Assembly: GCF_004010195.1 (NCBI RefSeq)
Contig: NC_057718.1
Location: forward strand, 48,024,507-48,088,506
From: Chiloscyllium plagiosum
Lineage: Eukaryota
Direction: 5' to 3'
DNA length: 64,000 bases
A model generated the notes under the pieces. The model was not told where the DNA came from, made no database searches, and saw nothing but the letters and a program-made list of their open reading frames with translations. This document shows, in pieces, positions 26,013 through 38,049 of the stretch (its first letter is position 1; the number at the start of each line of letters is the position of its first letter). A program made the translations under genes and the position numbers.

Positions 26013-26619
26013 GGGTGAGAGTCATTGAGCGGACAGGGTACATGCAAGAGTGAATTTAGTGAAATATATTTGCAGTGGCAGAGTTAAAGTAGTGGCTTTG
26101 AGTGTTTGGGAGCCGAAAGAAAATGGTGGCATTTACCCTTCTGGAGCTCAGAAAATCATTTACCTTCTTGCACTGCTGTGTTCAATTTAACTAGGTTATA
26201 ACACTAGTTAAACATCCCTGCTGACTGTGTCTCACAGTATAACCTCCTTTGATGGTCTAAAGGATAAAGAAGTGCCCTTCTCTTCATCACTCCATCCACC
26301 AGCACCTCAACGTCCTTGTGTGCAAAGTGGGTAATTAACTTGTCTTCATGTGTCATGTCTTTGGGGATCACTTTGCAGGACTACAGAATTAGAGACAGTT
26401 CCTGGCTTGCAACATATGATGTGGTGTACAGCTGGGGTATAAGTAGTGTGAACTCCACCTCTCCCACTGTGCAATTTAATAAGAAGGTCCCCCAGAATCC
26501 ATAATTAATGAGTAAGGAGAGGAAGATTCCCAAGAAAAGGTGCCCTAGGCCAAGCTGAGCAGGTGCCATGAATCCCATTTGACAAAACACTTTAAATGAA
26601 AATAGGAAAATTCCACCAA

Positions 26620-29600
26620 ATGTGTTTCAGGAAGATGCTTCTGAATATCTCTAAGTTTACTGGGAATGGATAGATGATTGCCTTACTAATTGAGAACAGA
26701 GTCTGAATAAATGGATAATTTTCAGGTGGCAAAATATATATCGAGTGTTGCTGCCCCCTTGACTATTACAACTTATGTTAATCATTTGGACAAGAATTTT
26801 ATTGTAGCAGAAACTGCTGACGAAATAGATGGGTAGGAAAATAAGTAAGTAAAAGAAAATAAGATCCTGGAGCAAGTGAGGTTGAGGGGTGATCTTATAG
26901 AGATTTATAAAGTAATGACGGGCATAGATAAGGTGAATAGCAAATGTCTTTTCCTTAAGGTAGGGGAGTTCATAATTAGAGGGCATATTTTTAAGGTAAG
27001 AGGAGAAAGATTTAAAACGGAACTGAGGGGCAACTTTTTCACACAGAGGGTGGTTCATATGTGGAATGAACTGCCAGAAGAAATGGTACATGCAGGTACA
27101 GTTACAGCATTTCCAAGACATGGATATGTATATGAAAGGTTTAGAGAGGTATCGGCCAAATACAGGCAAATGGGACTACTTTAGTTTGGGAAACTTGGTC
27201 AGCATGGACGAGTTGGACTAAAGGGTATGTTTCCATGTTCCATGACTCTATGATAAGTGAGCAAGGAGACAAACATACAGATAATTATAGGTCAGTTAGC
27301 TCAACATCTGTTATTGGAAAAATATTAGTCTATTATAAAGGATATAAAATCAGAATATTTAGGAGTACATAATATGATTAATCAGAGTCGCCATAGCTTC
27401 ACGAAGAGAATGTCATGCCTGACAAATTAATTAGAATTCTTTCAGGAGGCAATGAGAATCATAGATAAAAGGGAAGAACCAGATGTAATATATTTGGATT
27501 TTCAGAAGGTATTTGATAAAGTACCACACATTAGGCTTTTTAATAAATTAAGAGCCCCTGGATTTGGAGGTAGTATATTAGCATGGATAGATTATTGGCT
27601 TATTGATAGACATTTGTGATAAGGAGGGGCATTTGCAGGATGGTAATTTGTAACTAATGGAGTGTCACAGTTACTAGATATTTTATAATATCTACTAAGG
27701 AATTGGATGAGAAAAGTGAATGTACTATATCCAAGTTTGAGGATGATACAAAAATTGGTTGAAAGGTAAATGGGAAGAATGGCACAAAGTCTGAAGGAAA
27801 CTGTTTCACTTTTATGTTTCTTTGCAGCCTTTGTTTAGTTTCTTAAAAGGACTGTTACAATTTTTTTTTGTTTATGGTTGATAAGGCACTGGGTGTGTGT
27901 ATCAGTTTGTGCGTGTTTGAGTGTGTGACAGAGATTGGAGGGTCCCCTCGGCCTGCCCAAACTGGCGATCAGCAGGTCCAGAAAGAGGCTTCCAGTACCT
28001 GTCTGGCTCCTTCTTCTGTGTTTATGTCCTTTGGTTGTCCATCAAGAGGGAGCATGTGGTGTCCACTGGCATGGTAGAGGCCTTTACAGACCAGTAGGCA
28101 ACGAGGCGGTAGAGTATATTATCACCCTGATAATGATATTTTGATTTGGTCTTGATAAGATTCTATTTGTGTTTTGTAAGTTTCCTTTGACTGATTAGCT
28201 TGTTTTTGTTATAGTACCCCACCAGGACCTTGTTTAAGTTGTTTTAAAAGAGTAGACTGGTTATACAATGGACAAAGATTTGGCAATTTGAGGAGCCAAA
28301 TATTATTTAAATAAAAAAGATTGCAGAAAACTACAGCACAGAGAGATTTAAAGTCATAGAGCTTCACAACATGGAAACAGACCCTTCAGTCCAAATAGCC
28401 CACACCAATCATGTTCCCAAACTAAACTAGTGCCACCTGCCTGCGTTGGCCCACATCCCTTCAAACTTTTCCTATTCATGAACTTATCCAAATGTCTTTT
28501 AAATTTTGTAACTGTACCAGCATCCCACTTTCACTGACAGTTCATTCCACATATGAACCACTCTGTGTGAAAAAGATACCCCATGTCCTTTTTAAACCTT
28601 TCTCCTCTCACCTTGAAAATAGGCTTCCCAGTTTTGAACTCCCCCACCCTACAGAAAAGATCACGGTCATTCACAAGTCCTTTTACACAAATCACAAAAA
28701 GCTAGCATGCAAGGGAATGCGGAAGACAAATGAAATGTTGGTCTTTATTTCAAAGAGAATGGAGTATTTTGAAAGTAGAGTCACAGGTAGATAGAATATG
28801 AAGAGGGTGTTTGGTATGCTTTCCTTTATAGGTGGTGGGGGGTCATGTTGTGGCTGTACAGGACATTGGTTAGGCCACTTTTTGGAATATTGCATGCAAT
28901 TCTGGTCTCCTTCCTATCGGAAGAATGTTGTGAAACTTGAAAGGGTTCAGAAACGATTTACAAAGATGTTGCCAAGGTTGAAGGATTTGCGCCATCGGGA
29001 GAGGCTGAATAGGTTGGGGCTGTTTTCCCTAGAGTGTCAGAGGCTGAGGGGTGACCTTATAGTGGTTTATAAAATCATGAGGGGCATGGATAGGATAAAT
29101 AGACAAGGTCTTTTCCCTGGGGTGGAGATACCAGAACTAGAGCGCATAGGTTTAGGGTGAGAGGGGAAAGATATAAAAGGGACCTAAGGGACAACTTTTT
29201 CTCACAGAAGTTGGTGCATGTATGGAATGAGCTGCCAGAGGAAGTGATGGAAGCTTGTACAATCACAGATTTAAAAGGCATCTGAATGGGTATATGAATA
29301 GAGGGATATGGGCCAAGTGCTGGCAAATGGGACTAGATAAGGTTAGGATAATCTGGTCGGCATGGACGAGTTGGACCAAAGGGTCTGTTTCTGTGCTCTC
29401 CATCTCTATGATTCTGTAAAATAGAGAGGTCTTGCTGAAACTATACAAGACACTAGTCATACCACAGCTGGAATATTGTAATTGGTTTTGGTCCCATTAT
29501 CAAAGGAAAGCGATAGTGGCATTAGAGGCAGTAGAGAATGTTCAGTAGGTTAATCCTGGATATGGCGGCCCTTAATTATGAAGAATGGTTGAGTAGGGAT
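26620..29600. mobile_element. Cluster of nested CR1 fragments in both orientations
   Basis: RLRGDLIEIYK, YLDFQKVFDKVPH and LERVQKRFTKMLP motifs; CR1 tails at ~27250, 28355 (minus) and 29410. Confidence 0.75.
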
Positions 29601-29894
29601 TGTACTTTGGCAGGAGGAATAGCAATGCAAAACTGCAGTAAAGAGGGATCAGGTTCTCCTTGAACTTGATTGCAAAAGGTTCGTGTGCAATTTGAATGTA
29701 AATCTTATCTTGAAATTTGGGATTGTTAGAAGTTGCCCAAGTCCTATAGTTAATTACATCTCAATGCCATTTTCAGAATTTGACTTTCTGTTAATGTTTG
29801 TTATTTTCCAGAACAATAGTAGAAAATAATGTTGCTACCTTCCATGCCAAGTTTTGACAGATATTGTACAGAACATGGAAATATCCAAGTTTAG

Positions 29895-30160
29895 GTGGCA
29901 CGTTGGCCCAGTGGTAAGCATTGTTGCCTCATAGTGCCAGAGACCCAGGTTCAATTCCCGCCTCAGGCGACTGACATTCTCCCCATGTCTGCGTGGGTTT
30001 CTCTGGGTGTTCCGATTTCTTCCCACAGTCCAAAAATGTGCAGGTTAGGTGAATTCGCCATGCAAAGTTGCCTGTCGTGTTAGGTGAAGGGATGAAATGT
30101 AGGGGAATGGGTCTGGGTGGGTTGCACTTCGGCAGGTCGGTGTGGACTTGTTGGGCTGAA
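29895..30160 (+). mobile_element. HE1-type tRNA-derived SINE
   Basis: ggtggcacgttggcccagtggtaagc...ccaggttcaattcccgcctc (A and B boxes) and the HE1 body. Confidence 0.85.
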
Positions 30161-30286
30161 GTATCACCTAACTATTCGAGATTGCCCAGGTTATGCTTTT
30201 TGTTTGTTATGTAAATTGCGAAACAGTTAAACTGTCAAGACATCTATTATGTCAAGTCTGGGAGAGGTTGGGCAAGAAGGAACTTG

Positions 30287-32645
30287 CGAGGAGAACGTGA
30301 GGACTGCAGATGCTGGAGATCAGAGCTGAAAATGTGTAGCTTGAAAAGCGCAGCAGGTCAGGCAGCATCCAAGGAACAGGAGAATCGACGTTTCGGGCAT
30401 GAGCCCTTCTTCAGGAATGAGGAAAGTGTGTCCAGCAGGCTAAGATAAAAGGTAGGGAGGAGGGACTTGGGGGAGGGGTGTTGGAAATGCGACAGGTGGA
30501 AGGAGGTTAAGGTGGGGTTCTGTCTTGGTGGCGATTGGAGGGGAGGGGCTCAAGGGCGGAGGAGCGGGAAGTGGAGGAGATGCGGTGGAGAGCATTGTCA
30601 ATCACGTCTGAGGGGAAATTGCGGTCTTTGAAGGAGGCCAACTGGGTTGTACGGTATTGGAACTGGTCCTCCGGGGAGCAGATGCGGCGGAGACGAAGGA
30701 TTTGTGAATATGGGATGGCGTTTTTACAGGGGGCAGGATGGGAGGAGGTGTAGTCTAGGTAGCTGTGGGAGTCGGTCAGTTTATAGTAAATATCAGTGTT
30801 GATTCGGTCGCCCGAGATAGAAATGGAGAGGTCTAGGGAGGAGTCTGAGACGGACCAGGTAAATTTGAGGTCGGGGTGGAAGGTGTTGGTAAAGTGGATG
30901 AACTGTTCAACCTCCTCGTGGGAACACGAGGCAGCGCCGATACGGTCATCGATGTAGCGGAGGAAAAGGTGGGGGGTGGTGCCAGTGTGGCTGCGGAAGA
31001 TGCACTGTTCCACATATCCTACGAAGAGGCAGGCATAGCTGGGGCCCATGCGGGTGCCCATGGCTACTCCTTTGGTTTGGAGGAATTGGGAGGATTGGAA
31101 GGAGAAGTTGTTCAGGGTGAGGACCAGTTCAGTCGGTCGAAGGAGGGTGTCAGTGGAAGGGTACTGGTTGGTACAGCTGGAAAGGAAGAAACGGAGGGCT
31201 TTGAGTCCTTTGGGGGATGGAGGTGTACAGGGACTGGATGTCCATGGTGAAGATAAGGTGTTGGGGACCGGGGAAGCGAAAATCATGGAGGAGTTGGAGG
31301 GCGTGGGTGGTGTCCCGAACATAGGTGGGGAGTTCTTGGACTAAGGGGGACAGGACCGTGTCGAGGTATGCAGAGATGAGTNNNNNNNNNNNNNNNNNNN
31401 NNNNNNNNNNNNNNNNNNNNNNNNNNNNNNNNNNNNNNNNNNNNNNNNNNNNNNNNNNNNNNNNNNNNNNNNNNNNNNNNNNNNNNNNNNNNNNNNNNNN
31501 NNNNNNNNNNNNNNNNNNNNNNNNNNNNNNNNNNNNNNNNNNNNNNNNNNNNNNNNNNNNNNNNNNNNNNNNNNNNNNNNNNNNNNNNNNNNNNNNNNNN
31601 NNNNNNNNNNNNNNNNNNNNNNNNNNNNNNNNNNNNNNNNNNNNNNNNNNNNNNNNNNNNNNNNNNNNNNNNNNNNNNNNNNNNNNNNNNNNNNNNNNNN
31701 NNNNNNNNNNNNNNNNNNNNNNNNNNNNNNNNNNNNNNNNNNNNNNNNNNNNNNNNNNNNNNNNNNNNNNNNNNNNNNNNNNNNNNNNNNNNNNNNNNNN
31801 NNNNNNNNNNNNNNNNNNNNNNNNNNNNNNNNNNNNNNNNNNNNNNNNNNNNNNNNNNNNNNNNNNNNNNNNNNNNNNNNNNNNNNNNNNNNNNNNNNNN
31901 NNNNNNNNNNNNNNNNNNNNNNNNNNNNNNNNNNNNNNNNNNNNNNNGGCGGCCTGTCTCCCCAATATAGAGGAGGCCACATCGGGTGCAGCGGATGCAA
32001 TAGATGATGTGTGTGGAGTTGCAGGTGAATTTGTGGCGGATATGGAAGTATCCCTTGGGGCCTTGGAGGGAAGTAAGGGGGGAGGTGTGGCCGCAAGTTT
32101 TGCATTTCTTGCGGTTGCAAGGGAAGGTGACAGGAGTGGAGGTTGGGTTGGTGGACCTGACGAGGGAGTCACGGAGGGAGTGGTCTTTTCGGAACGCTGA
32201 TATGGGAGGGGAGGGAAATATATCCCTTGTGGTGGGGTCCATTTGGAGGTGGCGGAAATGACGGCGGATGATACACTGTACATGGAGGTTGGTGGGGTGG
32301 TAGGTGAGGACCAGTGGGATTCTGTCCTGGTGGAGGTTGGAGGGGCAGGGCTCAAGGGCGGAGGAGCAGGAAGTGGAAGAGATGCGGTGGAGGGCATCGT
32401 CGACCACCTTGGATGCTGCCTGACCTGCTGCGCTTTTCCAGCAACACATTTTCAGCTCTAATCTCCAGCATCTGCAGTCCTCACGTTCTCCTCGAAGATT
32501 ATTACCACGCCTCCCTTGTCTGCCGGTTTGATGGAGGTTGGGGTTGGAATGGTGGGAGTGGAGGGCTGCATGTTCCGAGGGTGAGAGGTTGGAGCGGGTG
32601 AGGGGGTGGAGAGGTTGAGGCAGTTGGTGAGAGGGGTGGAGCTTC
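30287..32645 (-). mobile_element. Penelope-like element (family A), RT and GIY-YIG, tandem/partial, spanning a gap
   Basis: GVAMGTRMGPSYACLF and RYIDD (RT); HIIYCIRCTRCGLLYIGETGR (GIY-YIG); terminal repeat with hammerhead at 30383; inverted terminal piece 32410-32495. Confidence 0.9.
30383..30418 (-). ncRNA. Minimal hammerhead ribozyme motif (Penelope family A)
   Basis: Reverse complement ATTC-CTGAAGA-A-GGGC(TCAT)GCCC-GAAA-C-GTC-GATT; core intact. Confidence 0.75.
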
Positions 32646-32859
32646 AACATACATTCTGGGTTATTTTGTATCAAATAACTATACAACCAAAAAGATTAAT
32701 GCCGGTAATTAATAGCCCCTTGTTTTACACTTTTTAAGAGTTACTTGTTATTTTGAAGTTTTTTGACACTTAAATTTCTCATTTCTAATAAATTCCAGTA
32801 TTTTCCCAGAAATACAGTGACATTCTAATTCCATTTGGCTTGGACGCTGAAAGAAGTCT

Positions 32860-33303
32860 TACTTTAGAAATTGGATCGCCTTTGTCTCTAACAACAAACT
32901 ATAGACAAAACAAATTCGCAAACATCATAGTATGAAAATCCAGAACGAACGCTAATCGCGTTTAAATTTCGCGCGCTGCCCCCGCGCTCCAGCCGCTGCC
33001 AAGGCAACTATTTGTTATTCGCAAGAGCCAACCAAAGGACGGGACACCGAGGCTGACTAACCAATCGGAATGGAGCTGAGGAAGCCAGTTGGGGGGGGGG
33101 GGGGAAGGCCCACGCGCTTTCGTCGGTTGAGCGCGGCTTCAACGAGAACTGGCCATAGCACCCGACCCCACTCCCACGATCCCCTAATCGGTCTCTCTCC
33201 CCGACAACTCGCACATATATATCGAGCCAGGGAAGTGGATGTGTCAGAGGCAGAGTCCCCTCAACTCCATCTCGGACATCGATGCTCGCCTCGCGTTGAA
33301 AAA
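32860..33303 (+). promoter_or_regulatory. NEK2: NEK2 CpG promoter / 5' UTR with cell-cycle elements
   Basis: CpG-rich. CHR-like TTTAAA at 32961-32966 abuts E2F consensus TTTCGCGC at 32967-32974. CCAAT at 33061-33065 and ATTGG at 32870-32874. Confidence 0.7.
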
Positions 33304-33399
33304 ATGCCTTCCCGCCTAGAAGATTATGAGCTGCTGGAGAGCATCGGCTCCGGTTCTTATGGCAGATGTCAGAAGATCAGACGGAACTCGGACGGAAAG
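33304..33399 (+). CDS. NEK2: NEK2 coding exon 1 (96 nt)
   Basis: MPSRLEDYELLESIGSGSYGRCQKIRRNSDGK contains the kinase glycine-rich loop. Donor AAG|GTGAGC. Confidence 0.96.
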
Positions 33400-33649
33400 G
33401 TGAGCTCCCATCTAAACAATGCCCCTGGGCATTTTAACTGGGTTTTCCCACCTCACTGGCAAGAGCTGTTTTGTGTCTTAAGGAAATTTGAAAACACTAG
33501 CTAGGATGATTTCAATTTACAATTTCGACTCAGAGCGGCAGAAAAGCTAACTGCCGATTCTGACCTCCCTTCCCCCTCAACCCCAATTCCTGGAGGTTTC
33601 ATCACATGATCTTCTCTCCGATCGCAACCTATTCCCAGATGTAGTTAAA

Positions 33650-34400
33650 GACACCTAATTTCACCGTTGGACTTTCGTTACCTTAACACACACATTTATT
33701 GTATCTGTTGCTCCAGATGTGGTCTCCTCTACATTGTGGAGACAGGACCTGTACTTGCAGAAGGCTTCAGAGAACAACACCCCCCACCTATGGCCTGACC
33801 ACTTTAACTCCCTCAGGCGGAAGTGGGTACTGCAGATGCTGGGGATTAGAGTCAAGGTTAGAGTGGTGCTGGAAAAGCACAGCAGATCAGGCAGCATCCG
33901 AGGAGCAGGAAAACTGAAAACGTTGATTTTCCTGCTCCTCGGATGCTGCCTGACCTGCTGTGTTTTTTCCAGCACCACACTATCTTCACTTTAACATCCC
34001 CAATGACATGCAGGTTTTGGGCCTCCTCCGTTGCCCAACCCTTAACATCCAACACCACATCTTCCACCTTGGGACCCTCCAACCACTTGGGATCAATGTG
34101 GATCTCAGATCAAACCTTTCAGCTTGGCACCACCCTCTTGACCTCTCCTACCTGTCCATCTTCCTTCCCACCTATTTACTCTACCCTCCTCTCTGACCTA
34201 TCACCTTCACCTCCCATCTTCATTTGCCTATCACATTCTCAGCCCTCTTTCCTCCACAGCCCCCCCCCCCCTCTGATTTATCTCTCAGCCCCCTTGGCCC
34301 ACAAGCCGCATTCCTAATGAAGAGTTTATGTTCGAAACATCAATTCTGCTGCTCCTTGGATGCTGCCTGACTGTGCTTTTCTAGCACCACAGACTCAACG
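33650..34400. mobile_element. Degenerate Penelope 3' fragment with an embedded family A hairpin (~33820-33985)
   Basis: tgtatctgttgctccagatgtggtctcctctacattg (GIY-YIG remnant); inverted repeat agtggtgctggaaaagcacagcag / ctgctgtgttttttccagcaccacact. Confidence 0.7.
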
Positions 34401-35529
34401 TGGAAGCAGAAATTGTCATTTAGCTGAGTCTGCTCTGCCATGCAACGCCATTATGACTAATCTGATAATCCTTGACTCCATTTTCCTACCTTTTTCATAT
34501 AATTTTTGATTACTTAACCAATTAAAAATCTATCTCGGCCTTGCATATGCTTAATGAGCCACTGCAAAATCCCTCTGTGGTGAAGAATTCACAGATTCAC
34601 CTCCCTCTGACAAAATTTCTCATTATCTGAAATGGGTAACCCCTTACTTTGACATCATATCTGGCTGTGGACTCTCCCACAAGGGGAAGTCATATCTCTA
34701 TATAGCCCTCACTGTAAATCTTGTATTTTTCAATCAAGTGTCTTCGTTAGAATCATAGAAATGTATAGAATGGAAACAGACCCTTCAGTCCAATTTGTCC
34801 ATGCTGACCAAATATTCTAAATTAAATCTAGTCCCATTTACCAGCATTTGGTCATATCCCTCTAAACTTTTCCTTATCAAATATCCTGGAAGTCCAAATA
34901 TTCTACATCTACAGGATCCCCATGATCCAGATTTCTTATATCTTCAAAGAACTCCAGTAAATCAGTAAACTAAATTTACCCTTCATAAAACAATGCTGAC
35001 TCCAAATGTCCTGTTGTTACTTTCTTAATAATTGTTCCCAATGACAGGCCAAAAATTACATGATGGGGTTATAGTCCAACAGTTTGTTTGAAAGCACAAC
35101 CTTTCGGAGCTCCCTCCTTAGTAACTGATATGCAGTTTTCTGCTTTCTGCCTCCCTTCCTTTTCTTGAAAAAAGTGTGTTATATTTGCATTTTTCCACTT
35201 CGCTGGAAACCTTTCTGCATCCAGGGAATTTTGGAATATTCTAGCCTACAGATTCACTACCTTTGTACTTTTTTTAAGACCATAGGATGTAACGCATCAG
35301 ATCCAAGGATTTGCCTGCCTTCAGTAGCTTTGCAATGATGTTGTTCTAAGTTACTATCTTTCTATAACTTTCATTACCTGTCAGAAGCTTATTTTCCCTC
35401 GTCAGCCATTGTTTCTGTGGTTGCTAAGTTGAAATGTTTAAAGGTGCACGATTTAGAAGGATGATAGTGGCCTGATAGATCATAAATCATACAGAAGGAT
35501 TTAACAAGGCTGAATGGTAATCTGATAGA

Positions 35530-35890
35530 GGTTTATAAAATCATGAAAGGCATGGATAGAGTAAATAGACAAGGTATTTTCCCTGGTGTGGGTGAGTCCA
35601 GACCGAGAGGGCATAGGTTCAAGGTGAGAGGGTAAAAATATAAAAGAGACCCAAGGAGCAACTTTTTCATGCAGAGGGTGGTGCGTCTATGGAATGAGCT
35701 GCCAGCAGAAGTGGTGAAGGCTGGTACAATTGCAACATTTAAAAGGCATCTGGATGGGTATATGAATAGGAAGGGTATGGAGGGATATGGGCTGGGTGCT
35801 AGCAAGTGAGACGAGATTAGGTTGGGATATCTGGTTGGCATGGATGAGTTGAACTGAAGAGTACATTTCCGTGCTGTACATCTCAATGTC
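35530..35890 (+). mobile_element. CR1 LINE 3' end
   Basis: gaggtttataaaatcatga...ggcaactttttcatgcagagggtggtg...gtgctgtacatctc. Confidence 0.8.
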
Positions 35891-36585
35891 TCTTAGCAGC
35901 ACTGAGCATCTTTTCTCAAGTTACCTGTTCTTAAGATTATTAAGAGGTTTGATAGGGTAAATGCAGAGATGCTTCCATTTCTGGGGTAAGACCGAAATTG
36001 TTACTAATAAGTCTAGTAATAAATTGGCAAGTTTCTTTTTTGTTTGATTAAAATGCAGAAAGTGCACAAATGCATTGTGATAAGTGGATACCATGGGAAA
36101 GTCAGATAAACACCTGAGGGAGATAGAAATAAAAGGATGTGATGATGGGCTTCATTGAAGTAGTTTATGAATAATGTTCCCTCTAAGCGGTAAATGCGCA
36201 CAGCTGCTCTGAAAGTCCATGCATGGTGATAGTGTGCTAAGACCTCTGAGGTCCATGAGGAAGAAAATAAAATAATCGAGACTGCTGAATATGAGGTTGC
36301 TTGTAAAGCAAGATGTTTGGCAACATGACATACTTTTTCTTTAAAAAAAAAAGGATGCTTGAGAAACTCATGAATTCTGGCATCTATGTTTCAAATCCAT
36401 TGACTCTTTTGGAATGGAAGTGAGGTGGAAAATTGTGTGTTTTACTATGTTGTTAAGTGGAAAGCAACAAGAAGATCAGAAGAGCAGGTCAGCAAAATAT
36501 TAAGGGAGATTGTGAGATTAAAGGCATCGTGGAACAAGATAAAGAACGTAGCACAGTTTTAGAGAAGACAAGCTATAGATTAGAG

Positions 36586-37628
36586 TACAGGTGATCTCCA
36601 ATTTACAAATATCTGATTTATGAATGCTCATACTTACAAACTTATACACTGATATAATTTTAAATAACAGACATGCACATTTCCTGTACTTTTGCCTTCC
36701 TGCTTTGTATTGTCCTGCCTTGCGCTCCAATTTACAAACTGACCTGCAAGTGGACTCAAGAATGGAATCTACAGAAGAACCTCAATTATCCAAATGAGAT
36801 GGGCGGGCACAATTTCATTTGGATAATTGTTTATTTGTTTAATCGATTCAATGCCTCTCCTCTGGGGCTCAGTTTTCTGTTAAGTCTGCTCCCTGTTCAG
36901 GAGTCTAGGCAGTAGCACACTGCATGAGTCCCCAACCCCGTCGGTCCCCAGCCCGCCCCTAACCCTGTCCAACACCGCCACCCCCAACCTGGTCCAACAT
37001 TGCCCCCAACACCATCTCACGCCCGCCCCAATCCCATCCAACACTGCCCCCCAAACGCCACGCCCTGCCTGCCCTCAAATCCTGTTCAACTCCACCGCCC
37101 AATCCTGTCCATCACCGCCCGCCCCCATGCCCCCACTGTGCTCTCCTCCCCCTGCGGGGCATCCAGACTGGACGCCAACAGTAAAACTGCTGCTGCCTTC
37201 CTGGGGTAAGTCTCCAAATAGCACCCATGTGCGCATACACACAACTTTATACTGCAACTTTTTGAAAGTTCCCCCTCTGCCCTGTACAGAACAATGTTAG
37301 AAAGAATATCTGGGCAAAGGGGGTTTCGGGTTCACCCCTGTGTAGAACTCCAGAGAAAGTGTGGAGAAAGGAAGAGAGGGCGGGAGGTCAGTCATTTGGT
37401 GACAGTGCCTGGGCTCCCATTGATATCCAGGACTGTTCTCAGCAGCTTTTCACTAAGCCGAGATTGTTTTTAATCATTGTAAACAAAAGGTGTGATCAGT
37501 GTTGGAAATACCTCTTTGATGTAATGTTTCTATCGGGACCTCAATCTCCTTCGGATAATCCGATATTCGGATAATTGATTTTTGGATAATCGAGGTTTCT
37601 CTGTATTCATAACCCACGGCTGCCTGTA
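36586..37628. mobile_element. Nested Tigger/pogo-like MITEs: outer 36586-37628, inner 36770-37605
   Basis: Inner TIRs TACAGAAGAACCTCAATTATCCAAA / TTTGGATAATCGAGGTTTCTCTGTA. Outer ends TACAGGTGATCTCC / CACGGCTGCCTGTA. TA at all ends. Confidence 0.75.
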
Positions 37629-38049
37629 GGTATTAATAACAGAATGAAGTTGGACCGTGACTGAAAACGAAGTTTTCTTCTAAAGGCATCCCAAGATCGT
37701 AGTTAAAGGAGTACTTAACACTCTAAAAAAATACTTTGGCTTCCCAAATGAATCCACGTGGTTCATATCTGCTCCTACCAGATATCATCTGCACACTTTG
37801 GATTACAGACACCTACATTGCCAAAATCACATGAGTAGATAAAGCTGATTTATATGCGAAACTGCCTTCTGAAACCATGGAAATTTCATGCCCACAATTC
37901 CAGCATGTGGAGGGTGAATTCTGATTTTATCAGGAATTTGGTGAGGGGAATTTGTATAACAGGAGAGCTTGGAATAACTGAATCATATGAAGAATGAGAG
38001 GTCAATGAGGAGAGGTTTGCAGTTATTAAATCTGTAAATGCATCCAATA

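Noticed and set aside
33070..33303. In-frame upstream ATG giving a 78-aa N-terminal extension of NEK2
   Set aside because: The ATG is 5 nt after a CCAAT box and so probably upstream of the TSS; homology starts at MPSR (33304).
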